DNA from: Marsupella aquatica
Lineage: Eukaryota > Plantae > Marchantiophyta
Assembly: GCA_973895155.1 (NCBI GenBank)
Contig: OZ316891.1
Location: 3,423,801 to 3,487,800 of the forward strand
Length of the DNA: 64,000 nucleotides
Reading direction: 5' to 3'
Shown here one piece after another: positions 27,401-40,640 of this stretch; position 1 is the first letter of the stretch; each line of letters opens with the position of its first letter. The position numbers and the translations under genes are program-made. Under the pieces are notes generated by a model. The model made no database searches and had not been told where the DNA came from. It saw only the letters and a list, made by a program, of their open reading frames with translations.

Positions 27401-28799
27401 CATTTCCCTTAGTGAGGGCCCAGGGGGAGAAGAGATCATGTGTAAGAAATTTCCCTTTTTAGAAGGCAAACTTTTAAGTTTTTATGGACAGGTGGCTCAC
27501 TTATATCCAATTTATTGAGAATGTGAATTTTCATTAAAGTCTACTAAACTCTGGTAACTATCACCTCAAGGAATCCAAAGATATAACTTACAATAAACCA
27601 ATTAAACTTCTTTTGACATGTAATAACAAGGTCAAAACCAGATTATACGCTTGTTTTTAACACAACCTAGGTTTATGGGCAAACCATTTGCCAACTTTTA
27701 GGAATTTAATTTCAATTTAAGAAAAAAAATCTTGCAACTCTTTTAAGAATTTCTTTTAATCTTACATGGAAAAGAAAGGGAAAACCAAAATCACAATATG
27801 ATTCAAAGTCTATATCTATAAGCTCGGGTGACACAACTTTTGTGTAATAGACAAGGTCCACATTTTTATATTGATTAAGAAGTTGACTACAAAAAATAAT
27901 TATAATTTGAAAAAACCCTGGGCCCCCAGCCTTTGTAAACTAAAGAGGTATACATGCGTACACGCCCCTCCCTAGTACCCCTTATTATTTTTGGAAGTCT
28001 ATAAAAATTTCTCTTGTTATTCTTAAAAACTTAATTTTGGAGAATAAATCTGCCCCTTTGAGATATTATAATTTCACATTTTACACCATTTATGAAAGCC
28101 TTATAAAGTTATAAATTCATCAATGTGTGGAAACGGTTCTAAAACTGACGGGAGTGTTTTGGAAGGGTTTTGGGTACAAACATTTTTGTGTTCGTGACCC
28201 TTTAGCCCCAAACTTCAACTTTGGGGCATTTCTGAACCACAGGGCAGGTCAGGGTTCAAAAGCTCCAAAGTCTTAAACTACTCTGAATCATAGATGTTGC
28301 AAGCATAATTATATGTCATATACACATGTTCCAATAAAGGGTGGTCACAAGGACCAATCCTATTGTGACGCGTGTCACATCCATATTACATCACCTTTTG
28401 AAGCATATTAACTTGGGCGACATTTATATAAGCCTATATTAGTTAGAAAAGGTTCTTTGAATAAAACCATCCCTCGATATTCCTAAGCCAATTATAAAAA
28501 TTAATCTCAAATCAGATATTTTGCACCCTTCATCCATTTGCACGTCCAGCCCATTATTAATAATGTTGGGGCCAGGGGAAAAACTTGGGCTTTCATTTAA
28601 AAAATGCAAAATCAATCATATAGAAGGTTTGGTTTTCTTATTTTTCCAATAAAATTTAAAAATATTCCTAAATAAATTGTAATTTTTATTTAGAATATTT
28701 ATTAGAATTTTATTAAAAATCCTACAAACCTGGCTTACCTAGTTTGGCTGTAAAGCCTTATTGAATCTGATGAGTTACACGACGGACTAGTCTAGCAAG

Positions 28800-31382
28800 T
28801 CTTTTTTGCTTTTCTGCCAGGCCTGCCCAACTAGGCGACCTACCTCCTTGATTCACTGGCATGAGTGTTAGTGTACTGGCAGTCATGCCTTGGAAATACA
28901 ACAAATCACTCATTCCCTCATCTCCCATTCAGAACACAATGCTGATCCCACCGAGCTAGCAATAACTCTGTCATTAGGCTGCCCTGCATCCGACCTTCTT
29001 CTCCTGGATCCTCCCATCCGGGGCAGGGTATGTGGTTCCTATATATGCCTATGTTGGCAGTAAAGAGGTCATTATCTCTATAGCGCTCCGAATTGAAAGT
29101 TCTGCCAAGAAGAGTCTTTCACATCTGCCTGTCCGCTCATGTCAAGGACCCGGGTCATAGAAGGCAAACAAATCGGCCTCAGAGAGTAGAAGCTTCAGGC
29201 ACAAGATGATCTTGGTGTTGTAGTGGCCTAGTTAATTTCTTTCAGAGTTTAGGGTACTTGAGAGAGTTTTCCAGAGATTTGTGCTGACTCCTTGCATACT
29301 TTGACAAACTTACAAAGTAACGCCTTTGTCTCCAGAGAAAGTTCAAGGGAAGTAAGTTATGGATGAGCTGCCTGAAGAACATGAAGGCAATTTCGTTGCT
29401 TCAGTGAAAGAAATGTCTGAGTGGGACTCAGGCAAAAAGGGGACATTGCGAAAATTAATCGTTGAGCCTGAAGATCCCAAGAGCGAAGAGGGTAAGGAAG
29501 CAGTTGAAGAGGCCGAGGAAGATTCAGTTGAAGAGGATGAGGACGATCCAGTTGAAGAAGTCCTCCAGGACAATGAGTTCCACGAAATTTTTAAGTTGAT
29601 CGCTCGGGATGAATTGAAGAACTGTGAGCGCAAGAAGGCTTCAAGCTTCCTAGCAAAGGAGCTATCTGGTTCTTCAAGAGAGTCTGCAATGCAACAGTCT
29701 GTGAAACCTCCCACGAGAGAAGAGGGTGAGGATGCAGTTGAAGACTCTGAGGAAGATTCAGTTGATGATGATGACGACGATCCAGTTGACGAGGGTGAGG
29801 AAGATTCAGTTGAAGAGGGTGAGGACGATCCAGTTGAAGAAGTCCTCCAGGACAATGAGTTCCACGAAATTTTTAAGTTGATCGCTCGGGATGAATTGAA
29901 GAACTGTGAGCGCAAGAAGGCTTCAAGCTTCCTAGCAAAGGAGCTATCTGGTTATTCAAGAGAGTCTGCAGTGCAACAGTCTGTGAAACCTCCCAAGAGA
30001 GATGTGAAACCTCCCAAGAGAGAAGAGGGTGAGGATGCAGTTGAAGACTCTGAGGAAGATTCAGTTGATGACGATGACGACGATTCAGGTGACGAGGCTG
30101 AGGAAGATTCAGTTGAAGAGGGTGAGGACGATCCAGTTGAAGAAGTCCTCCAGGACAATGAGTTCCACGAAATTTTTAAGTTGATCGCTCGGGATGAATT
30201 GAAGAACTGTGAGCGCAAGAAGGCTTCAAGCTTCCTAGCAAAGGAGCTACCTGGTTCTTCAAGAGAGTCTGCAGTGCAACAGTCTGTGAAACCAGTCTCG
30301 GTGAGCTTTGTATATATATTATATCCTACTAAGCTATTACTCTTAATTAGTTCCTGTGCTGGTTGCTGATCATTTCTATTACAGTCAGGAGCTCTCTACT
30401 TTAGTTGTTGCCCGTCTTTCATTCAAGACCTAATTGATCTATGCTTTCGTTGTCTTTTGACTAAAGTATTTCTTTATTTGTGCTTAATTAATTGTCTGCA
30501 ACTGAAGAATAGGATACGCAATGGGTCCGGTTGAATGGATTTTTAATGGTTTTGTTGATCCGATCAATAGCTGTATGTTAGTGATATTTCTGTTCCCCAA
30601 TTAGCAGGTTGTGGTGACTCTGCTGGAAAGACATCTGTCGTTTGGTTAATGTCTAATTTTACCGTTTTCTTAAATACGACCAGAATTCTGATGTGGCCTA
30701 AGTCTTAAACTGAATATTAACCAGATGTGTAGATCTAGACTAAACGTAACTTGCAATTAAAGTGTATTCTTTCATGTCATGCAGACTGTTGAAGGATTCA
30801 CCAAAAGGAGAACAGTATCGGGAACAGAATCACTTTTAACATCCGGAAAAGACTGGAAAAGACTCAAAACGCCCTCGCGATCTGACGAGTAATTCGAAAC
30901 CGCATTCATAGACGGACGACTTTGTTAGATCGATACAGCTCCCAGAAAGGCTGGAGATCGAAAAGACTCGTGATCTGAAGCATAATTGATTTGGAACCTT
31001 AATTCACAGGTGGATGGCTTCAATTGTTAGATATCTCCCAGCTAGAGTATCCTATAGGAAGTTTTTCACTTAAGGGGTCAATGCCGAGAGGATCAAAAGG
31101 GGCATCCCAAAAGATCATAGATTGGAGGCAAAGATGAAGGTACAAATTAAAACGCGCGCCGAGTATAGAAGCCACGGGAGAAGATATGGGTAGGCAAAAG
31201 CAATATCTGTAGGCAAAATATGGCTTATTACACGTATGACATTGGAAACTTCCAGTTCATCTGTATATTGACATGTCCACAAAATTTGGGAAAACAAATT
31301 GCTTAAGAAACAAGAGATATTTGCCACTTTCCTGTAATGTTTGAGAAGCTGTTATAAACATCTTGTCCACAAACACCAGTAC
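28800..31382 (+). repeat. Tandem segmental duplication unit C
   Basis: Colinear with 18710-20950; homology resumes at 32879 after the LINE-like insertion. Confidence 0.9.
29359..30892 (+). CDS. Uncharacterised acidic-repeat protein, copy C (349 aa; exons 29359-30300, 30785-30892; 3 repeats)
   Basis: Same splice sites as copy A. Exon 2 TVEGFTKRRTVSGTESLLTSGKDWKRLKTPSRSDE*. All indels versus copy A are in-frame. Confidence 0.65.
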
Positions 31383-32878
31383 GTATGCTCTCGTATATCG
31401 AGCTGTTATCTGGCTAAAGTCTTCCACACCCCCATTGCCACCTTCTCAGCTGCCACATTCAATTGGTTCTATCCGTCACCAACTACTGCTATCGTCACCA
31501 ATGCTTGGTGTTGTTCCAGTTGGCCATATTTTGGTTCTGTTTTCCACCGTAGGCGACTCCTTCCCCCGGTCTCTCACTAGGGCTCTCGTCAGGCCTCTCT
31601 GCTCAGGTTGAATCTGTTTCCCAGTTCCATATCAATTATTGCATTACTAGTACCAGCGTATCTTTTCATATTTTGTCTTCCGCTCGAGGTCAGGTATATC
31701 AACAATTTTTACAGGTATTATCAGGGTCTGGCCGGGCTGGAACTTGTAGAATAGATACATCGGTAGGTGTCGAGTAGATCAATCTTGCTTAGGTTACTAG
31801 CAGCCCATTGGGTCCAATTGATTAATTCCATAACCTCCTGGCTCTTGTATCTGTTCTCAAGTATTGATCTTCCGGTTTGGGCTGACCATGGGTGTTACGT
31901 CCTCCTCTCTCTGCCGGGCTGGCTTCGTTCGGCTCATCCGTCCTACGTGACTCACATGGATTGATATTTCTGGTGGCATCCATTCTGGAAACGGTGTCCT
32001 ATACCTGGGGAGAAGATTGATATGTAGGTAACGCAAGGCGGACTGGATTGGCTCCTCTGATTTCACTGGCATATCAGCATTGGCTCAGACAACTGGTTAA
32101 CCTACTGGTTTTTATGCATTCTATCTAGCATGCACCTTTGGCGGTGGTTACAGGTTGGCGCCCACTGGGGCTATTCGTATATTCTAGCCTACATCGATCC
32201 CTGGCCTCTTTCCTTCTAGCGCAGCCGCTATCTTGCGCGGCTTGAACGGGAATTCTGGTTGCCACCTTCTGCTCCTAATCTGCTTTTATCTGAGGGCCAC
32301 TTTTGGGCCCCTATCGGAAACTCTCGCCCTACTATGCATTTGCCCGGAGTAGAATTGGGGTCTCTCGATCTTCTTCTCCCTGGTTCCAATCTCCTGGTTT
32401 TCTCCATTCTCCGGAGATGGTAGCCGATCTAGGGATTTGGGCTTCGGCAAAGGTGCGGTTGGTGCTGAAGGAGCGGATTGGTGGCTGCTAGGATTATGGT
32501 CCTCATTTCGGCGAGGCTGGTCTCATCGTTTGACGTGGATGGTCCGGAGGCTTGGTCGGTGGTGATGGGGGGATGGACGCTCACTCTAGTTGGCTCTGAT
32601 TGGATTTTCTTGCTGGGTTCGTGATTTTGGCGTCTGGTTCTCGTGGTGTTTTTTGGTTGGTTCCGACTGGCAGTCTCCCGCTTCTGGGGTCCTTCCTCCC
32701 TTCTCTTGCTGCCTTCTTCTCTTAGGCAGTTGGGGGGTCTGGTCCCTTTCTCCTTTCTCTTGGTGTGCTCCTTCTTCTAGCCCCCTTATTTTAGGTTGGT
32801 TCTTCCCTCGTCTCCTCTCCTCAGACAGGTTCCTTTGAATAAAGTGGTGTCCGTTTTCCACCAAAAAAACAAAAAAAA
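31383..32878 (+). mobile_element. 5'-truncated non-LTR retrotransposon (LINE-like) insertion
   Basis: AATAAA at 32838, A-rich tail 32863-32878, TSD CAGTAC (31377-31382, 32879-32884). Paralogue A shows the empty site CACCAGTACCTAGATAAACAT. Confidence 0.75.
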
Positions 32879-33369
32879 CAGTACTTAGATAAACATATAA
32901 AGATGTTTAAAACCATGTCATTTATGTACAATCTTGAGAGGAAGAGTTGGAAAATATACAAGACGTTAATATTTAAGTAATGAGCCAAAGTCCCAAGTAT
33001 TATATATTGAAGAACCCAAGGCTGGAATGGGGGTATGATGCATTTACAACCAATTTAGAGCACCATTTTACAACTATATCTACAAAATATAATTGCACCC
33101 GAAAGAAACCAAAGTCTTAATCTTAGTAAAAAAATACTCACTCACTAGAGTCTTTTCCCTTGGGTTTTTACTGCTTGTGATACTACATTTTAAGTGGGGA
33201 ATATTTCTTAGCTTGTAATGTGAGGTTGTGTTCAGTGTACAATGCCTCCCCAGATATAGAGTTAAGAAAAATAATTTAAAGCTTGCTTGGACTATAAAAA
33301 GGGGAGTAGCTGAGTTACTTAGAAAAAATCATATTGATGGTACTATCCTGCTTGCTTTTTTACCTGGCC

Positions 33370-33645
33370 TTTCTCACTATCTGGAGGTCTCCCTATCTCC
33401 TGTGCCGTTTCAGTTCGTGGATCCCCTAAAATGTGAGAATTTCTAAATTTTTCTACCCCTGTAAAGTAGGAATATTTTTGGAAATAATCCAAAATTTGAT
33501 TGAAAAGGCCCTAATGGACCTATAAGTCTTTAAATTATATTTAAAATACCATATTGTACTTGTAATTTTTCTCTTAGAAACAATAAAATGAATATATCGT
33601 TCCTTATATATGATGTATCATTTTTGTGGAAATAAAACTCTGAAG
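33370..33645 (+). mobile_element. MITE family B, degenerate copy
   Basis: CCCCTAAAATGTGAG...GGAATATTTTTGGA...CCCTAATG...TGATGTATCATTTTTGTGGAAATAAAAC matches 5811-6094; termini eroded. Confidence 0.6.
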
Positions 33646-33981
33646 ATGGACATAAAAAATGAATATAATGGACCATAATCATAGATATTATATATTCATT
33701 GAGAAAGCCAAGGATGGGTATGATGCATTGTCTAGCAAACTTAGTAGAACCTAAGACTCTTGCAAGGTATAACTCCAGATAAAGTAATGAGCTAAAATCC
33801 CAAGGGTAATTATTGAAAAGGCCAAGGATGGATATTTCATATGCATATATGTCCAATGCTCAACTACATAAGTGCCACCTATGACCAATTTTAAAAGTCG
33901 TCTACTTTCAGCTTTGGTTTATTTTCGTTCATGAGTTGTACTTCCAGTACAAGTGAAAGAGTACACTTTCCTTCTCTTTCT

Positions 33982-35406
33982 TTAATAAGCCACAAGTATC
34001 TTCCTACCAGTCTTCATAATCCTCACCAGTACAAGCGCAGCCACTGCAGCACAGAAACCAACCCCTACGAATATGATCATGCCCCTATAGTCTCCTTGCT
34101 CCCTGTCAACAAGCAGTCCACCAATCGGAATGCCAGTCAAAATTCCTACAGAGGCAACGGTATATGCTGTGGCCACATATCTTCCAAAGTTTTTGGTGTG
34201 GCACAGCTGCCCGATGCAAGCCGGACCCAGAGTATGAACGCTCCCGGATGTAAATCCGAAAGTAAGTGCGAAGATCACAAGTCCTGCTTTAGTCTGTCCC
34301 ACAATTAGCCAAACCCCCAGGACAGACACGATGATCAGGACCGTCATCAGAATGAGACTGTTGAAACGCCCAATTCTATCAGAGATGAGGCCTGGAAGCC
34401 AGCGCCCGAAGATGGACCCCAGGTTCAAGAACACCAGCATCTGGGAGGCGAAGGCGGAGGAGAAGCCATGGTAGAGCGCGTAGGAGCTGATGTAGACAGT
34501 CGGAACGAAGAAAACCCACCGAAGCAGAAATATGGCCAGGACAGTCACTGCAAAGGCTCGGTCGTCAAAGATGCTGAAAACCAGATTGGCAGTCGCGTTC
34601 TTTGCCGGGGGAAGACGCGAGCGTATGAAAGTGCAGGCGATCACGCAGACGAATAAGTAGATGCAGCCTATAACTCGGGTGCTCCACGCAAAGCCTACTT
34701 TGGGAATCAGATTCTCGAGTAGCAAAGGAAAGATGACGCCTGCAATTGCACTACTCGAGACCGCAATGCCCATAGCATTTCCACGCGCTTTGTGAAAGTA
34801 ATGCCCCACAACGGCAACCGAGGGAGTGTAAAGGAGACACGAGCTTCCGCCTCCCAAGAATGCAAAGACTACCAAGAATTGCCAATAATGGTGACAGATC
34901 CCTATCAGGAACATGGACGAGCACACCCCAAAACTCCCCGCCAGGATGAGCCACTTCGGGCCATGTTTATCGAACAGAGGCCCTATAAAAATGCTTCCTC
35001 CGAAAGCCAGGAACAAATAGATGCTGAAAATCCAACCGATTGCTTCAGGGCTGGACGAGGAGAGCTGGTGCGTGCTGAAATACGACTTGAAGGCCCCGAA
35101 GTTATTCGCCGTCCCGAGAGCAGCCATGTTCCCACAAAATGCACCGAGAACGACAAGCCAAGCGCCCAAGCCGCCTTCCGGGTACGTGGTGACCTCATCT
35201 TTCTCATCTTTCTCATCTTTCTCGGGTGAGGTTGGAATTGCAATTGCGCACTTCGAGCAGAGTGTTGGCCAATTACTTTTCGCCCTTAAATCTTCTATGC
35301 CATCCGGTCCCGCCTTAAGAACTGGCACTGAGAGTACCCATGATTTGTTGCGTGCACCCGACTCAAGTACATCGGCAGGTCCTCCCGGGACTTCTGGTCC
35401 TCCCAT
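33982..35406 (-). CDS. MFS monocarboxylate-porter family transporter of fungal Mch/Mch5-like type, intronless, 474 aa
   Basis: YPEGGLGAWLVVLGAF, GPLFDKHGPK, VVGHYFHKARGNAMG, GFAWSTRV, GSIFGRWLPGLISDRIGRFN; about 12 hydrophobic helices; uninterrupted ORF. Confidence 0.9.
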   Translation of the reverse strand: MGGPEVPGGPADVLESGARNKSWVLSVPVLKAGPDGIEDLRAKSNWPTLCSKCAIAIPTSPEKDEKDEKDEVTTYPEGGLGAWLVVLGAFCGNMAALGTANNFGAFKSYFSTHQLSSSSPEAIGWIFSIYLFLAFGGSIFIGPLFDKHGPKWLILAGSFGVCSSMFLIGICHHYWQFLVVFAFLGGGSSCLLYTPSVAVVGHYFHKARGNAMGIAVSSSAIAGVIFPLLLENLIPKVGFAWSTRVIGCIYLFVCVIACTFIRSRLPPAKNATANLVFSIFDDRAFAVTVLAIFLLRWVFFVPTVYISSYALYHGFSSAFASQMLVFLNLGSIFGRWLPGLISDRIGRFNSLILMTVLIIVSVLGVWLIVGQTKAGLVIFALTFGFTSGSVHTLGPACIGQLCHTKNFGRYVATAYTVASVGILTGIPIGGLLVDREQGDYRGMIIFVGVGFCAAVAALVLVRIMKTGRKILVAY

Positions 35407-37299
35407 TTGTATTGGAAGTATATCGAGCAGAATCTGTTCACTGGCGACTTTTGAGGGTTTACCTGAAGACGAGCCATTGAAAGTTCAACAACCCGAAGTA
35501 CAAAGTGAGCTTTTAGATACTAATGTGCTTAGTAATACTTTCAGTGTTGAAATGTAGAACTGTGGAAGCTTATGAGTGCCAATCGGGACAACAGACAAAA
35601 TCGTTGATAGTTTTTGAGGGAGGGCAACGCTCGAGTGCACAGGTGCAAATGTCTAACACAAACGGTTTCCGCATGGGGATGCCTGGTCTACAGTGAATAC
35701 CCGGACATATATAGATTAGGAGGAAGCTCTCAAGAGATATATAGACAAAGTATACCCACATCGGGATGCCTGATCAATATTCAACATCAGACCTCGACGA
35801 GGAGTTTTCAAAGTGAACGTACAAACAAATTAATTATACGTGAAACCTCCCAAAAGACTCATCTGGAAGCAAGACACAGACATGTACATCTTAAGGACTC
35901 CAATCTCCTCCGTTTAGGGTTTAGTTGATCTTGTTTCTGAGCCAAGATCACAAAGGGCGTGTGAACAACTGATAGATATCCAGGATGAATTAAGTTAGTG
36001 TGGTGGCCACATTCTAGCTTCATCTTGCAGTCGATCTGACCATGCTTGGAGACTGTGACTAGAAAAGCACGATCGAGCCAAGAAACCATGCATAGTTATC
36101 TCAACCAAAACATTATTATAACAAGTTTTGTTCCACGAATGATGATTACTGAACAATTGCTTCAGTTGATCGACTCTGCGGGAAGGAAACTAAGACTGAT
36201 CGACCGGCTAAAATTGCTTCAGTTTACTATGAGGAAATCAACAAAGAACTGATGGGCTACGAACCCGTAAAGTGAATAGGAGAGAATTAGTACGTACCGG
36301 AGTGGTACCGTCGGCGGTTTGAAGTGAAGAAGTCAACAACTGCGGAGAATGCACAGTCGGGAGCAGGACGGTTAGCAAAGAGCGATGAGACAGTGCATCT
36401 GTAAACTAGTGATCCCTTACACACGCACTGATCAGACTGGACCAGAGCGGAAAGGAAAAGGGTGACACAATGTGATGAGCTATGAATGTCAAGTATCACT
36501 TTCATATGTTAGAATGGATTGCTTTAGGTCGACAAGCACCCTGTGGAAAGGAAATAGAGCCTGATCGGTCACGACTATAAAGGGTCAGCCTTTCATACCT
36601 TAGGAACGGTCGAAGTTGAATGTGATATGAGTATTTCTTCGTCTTCTTCGACTCACAAAACCGTTGACGCTGTCGAATGAAATGAATAAGCCAACAACTG
36701 CGAATGACTCCACGTCCGGAGCAGGGATCGGCATGTAGAGGAAAAAGCTGATGAAGAAAGAAATGGAAACGATTGGCTTATACACTTCAGTAGCACGTCT
36801 ATAGACTCGGTCACCCCTCTGTCAAGTTATTTCTACTTCCATACGACCAAGTTTTTCTAGACTGCTTTTTAGGTTTTTGATAAGACCTAGCGGAATCATG
36901 TACGCTAGACCTATTTCGACAGAAGAGAACACCATTTCACCCAGAATTGTGTTATGTAGGTTTTTTATTGAGGACTCAAGGCAAAATCATCGATTCTCTG
37001 TCGCGTCCCTATCTGTTAGCAGTCTGGATGTCCCCATTTTTTCTCTTAGTAGGGTGTCTCAATAGTGAGCTGTGGGGCCATCCAATAAAACCGGCTTACA
37101 GGACCCTAATAAGGGAATTCAAATATGGGGGGAGGGAGGTTTGACCTGCCCCAAAAGCTAGGGTTTGCTCTAAAGCCCGTTTCAGTTATGCTAACCCTTC
37201 TCCTTCCGGCTCGGTAAGCCCTAGCTGGTTATCAACATTGGTGATACTTAGATAACGCACCCGTTGGGCAGCTTGTTGTTAGCATTGCAAAGTTGTTTA

Positions 37300-38640
37300 T
37301 TTTTGAGTTGCCAGATCTTGGGAAGGGAGTCCAAGCACGTGAGGGAACTTGAACATCAGCCAAATCTTTCTCCCAAGCTCGGCCTCAACCACTTTTTTGC
37401 TGCATTAACTAGGACAAACCTCCTCCACCACAAATAGTCATCCCTAACAACATGTAAACACTCTTAGAGTAGAATGTTGTTAAGTCTCCAATACTCCTTC
37501 ATAGATCAAGACCTCATCCCCAGTGTGGATTGGAGTTGGCCTCAAATAATGGGTCTTGTCAAACTAGTTGTTCTTTATTCTTCTGCGAGCCTTTTCTAGC
37601 CTCAGTAACGCTTCCTCAATCTTCTGGCTAAAATGCTCCAACAACTCTTCTAGGGATACTCCATCTTGCCATTCAATTGTTCTCATGCTTTGAACATTTT
37701 TCTCGATTGGTATCAAAGGCAAATATCCAAAGACTATTTTGGCGTGTGCAATTACCCAAAAATTTACCCAAAGAGCAAATGGTAGAAGGTTGGACCAAAG
37801 CAAAGGTTTTTGTTGGCAAGATTTCATTAAGGCATTCACAATTGATATATATCCTTGCTAAATCTTCTTATTGCCTTCTGGGTTGTAGGCAATAATAAGT
37901 TTGAGCTTGATGTTGAACTGGTCAGAAAACCTGCAGCCTCTTTAGAATTCAATTGTCCTCTATCCGCACTCATTTGCACATCTTACACAACCATGATGTG
38001 CTGTAACATCTTCAAGTATGAACCTGCATAGTGCTTTAATAGTGTTAAAGGTAAAAGCCCTTCCTTCTACATTGATAGGAATCTGATAAGTTTTATCTTG
38101 CAAGGACAAGGTATTTTAATTTGCACTGCTATTCTCATGGCATGTGCCCCACATCTACTGCCCACTATGAATGCAAAGAAAGGGATGCAAAAGTAGGATT
38201 AAGTCCATATCTAAAACCAAACTTTAAAGAAATATTAAGTAGATTCACAAGACCCAACGTACATAGCATTTTACATCCACACATATACAGTCATGTTTGA
38301 TGGACCACCAATACTATCTTTGTACATTTGAGGTAGCTCTAACTCTTTCATACCCTAGTACTTTCATAACATCATGAGTCCCATGAGACTTTTTTTTCAT
38401 TGTATCAAGAACTCTACAAGGAATAATTATGCTATTTATTCAATTAAAAATATTCCGCATAAAACACCATCATTTAGCATAATTGAACTTGTAAATCTTC
38501 TTCCATTATTATTGAAACTCGTCTTTTATGTATCATTCTAACAGACCTTAAATAAAGAATACTAAGGTACCTTCTAATCAAAAAGCAACTCTCTATAATA
38601 GAGCTCCTCTCAAAATACTAAGACCTCAAACTCCCCATTC
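37300..38640 (-). mobile_element. Degenerate Ty3/Gypsy integrase remnant
   Basis: Fragments AYNPEGN and WSNLLPFALW resemble the integrase core C-terminal motifs; many stops. Confidence 0.55.
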
Positions 38641-39359
38641 ATTACTTGAACCACCTCCATTTCAAATGTTATGATGATATGGGGCTCTTCAAAGCATATA
38701 TTCTTCTAGATTATCCTTTCTAGCAGTGTGTCAAAACTCAAGATTGATGATCCTAATAAAAGTTACCCAACATAGCATAGCAATGCATCTGAGTGTTGTA
38801 ATTAATAGCAATCATTCCTAAGTAAAACACAAGGAGGATATGTAGTGTTAGGAGATAGATTACAGAGGTTATCTAGGTTAATTAACCTCAAAGTGTACCC
38901 GCGCCTGTTTACTGTATTGTATAAGGTATTTTCCCCTGTTAAGTAGGGGACCCAATCCCCTTGGCATGGAGGTGTCGGTATGCCCCTAAATTTCCTATGT
39001 ACCTTAGGGTAATGTGTGAAGAAGCCTAACTGCTAGGTGGAATTCCACAAGTTTGTTTCCCCTGACTACTTTATAGAAGAAAATGATGAAATCCCAAGAG
39101 AGGGAAACCAAATGCAACAATGTACAAAACAAAAGTACGCTCAGGTAAATGGACTGTGCGGTCCTTCATATATAAAATCACAGTGTGTATTACAATGTAA
39201 CTCTACGTACATACTTCTCATGCTATATACAGCTTGCTCCTGAGTTGCCAAATGAATCCCTAGCTATATACACCTAATCAGAATCTGACCGAGAACTGTC
39301 ACTTGCGAATAAGTAGGCAATGTCTTCTCGTGCTACATCCTATTTTCTCACACCACCAT

Positions 39360-40246
39360 ACATAATCTGACCAATCATCCTCCGCTTCTTGTTCTGCACA
39401 ATCAACACAATCCACATTAAATGCAGTCAAACTAGCAGGTTAATAATAAAAGCCATATACAAACAATGCACACTCAATCTAATAGTTAGTACAGGGAATT
39501 ACCTGTAGCTTCAATATCTTCACCTCAATGGAATCCTTAAATAGATATAAACCGTACCACAGTGACTGGTTTTGTCTGCCCAATTATACGATGTGCCCGG
39601 TCCACAGCTTGGTCTTCCACACAGGGATTCCATCACTCGTCTACTAGAATTACATGATTTGCGCAAGTTATGTTGAGACCTGTAGATGTTGCCATCAAGG
39701 AAAGCATAATGATGCTCACCTACACAGTCCATAGAAAACATTGGTCATTACAATTATAATGTGAAAGTATACATGAATTAGCTGTCTGAAAATGGACAAA
39801 TTTGACTCACCTCAGGGGTCCTACTGAACATGTGAAGCACCTTGTCTCTCTTTTTTGGGGCCATTGACCCATCAATCCTTCCGAACTGAAGGCCAGCCTT
39901 TGTGAGGTCTGGCTCAAGCAAGTCCAGACATTTTGTCCATTGCAAAAACACAAGAGCCTTCTCTCTTGGATGACATTGTTCCTTGGTGAGTGGCTTTGTG
40001 TATCTTTTGGGATACCCTTCAAGTATGTCATGACTGCATCAAATTTGGCAGAAGAGGTTGCCGTTGGAATGGTTTGAATAAACTTCAATCCATCTAGGAC
40101 GTCACCATCACCCTTGGTGCTTGACAAGTCTACGTTCTTGTCGAGTTTTGCAACGCCCACCTTTCTCCTACAATTGGGGAACTTGCAAGTGAAGATTTCC
40201 TTCCGCCCTCAAACCGCGCAAGACCCACAGTTAAAGTGGCCACAGC
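39360..40246 (-). pseudogene. RAD5/RAD16-like SNF2-RING helicase pseudogene, 3' part (RING C-half + HELICc)
   Basis: CGHFNCGSC, SSAKFDAVM, EKALVFLQWTKCLDLLE...[43 protein letters not shown]; in-frame stops and a frameshift. Confidence 0.85.
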
Positions 40247-40279
40247 CACTAGTAGAAACCGGGGGGTATTTAGACCCCA

Positions 40280-40640
40280 TTAAACGACTATTCAATACCG
40301 TATAGGACTTGGAAACGACTGGGAAGGACTCTAGTCCTTTATAGGACTGCGAGTCGTATGTTTTGTTACTATAATCAACTGAGTCCTTTATAGAACTGGT
40401 TTATAAGTCGTTTAATAGACTGGATTTTCAGTCTATTTTAGTCTTTGTGTGGGTAGCTTTGGTGAGTCTTTTTCAGTCTTTTATGGGCTGCGATGGTGAG
40501 TCGTTGGGAACAACTCAAAAGGTTATGGAGGGTAGTCTTTAAATATACTTTGTGGGTTTATAAAATGACTAAAGTAGACACTTTGTGGGGGTTTATAAAA
40601 CGACTAAAGTAGACACTTTGTGGGGTATGTACAAGTCTTT
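40280..40640. repeat. CACTA subterminal repeats (GACT/AGTC motifs, short tandem duplications)
   Basis: Dense GACT/AGTC motifs in both orientations; similar cluster at about 57110-57270. Confidence 0.7.

Noticed and set aside
34468-35557. Plus-strand ORFs overlapping the MFS gene
   Set aside because: Antisense shadows of a GC-richer CDS
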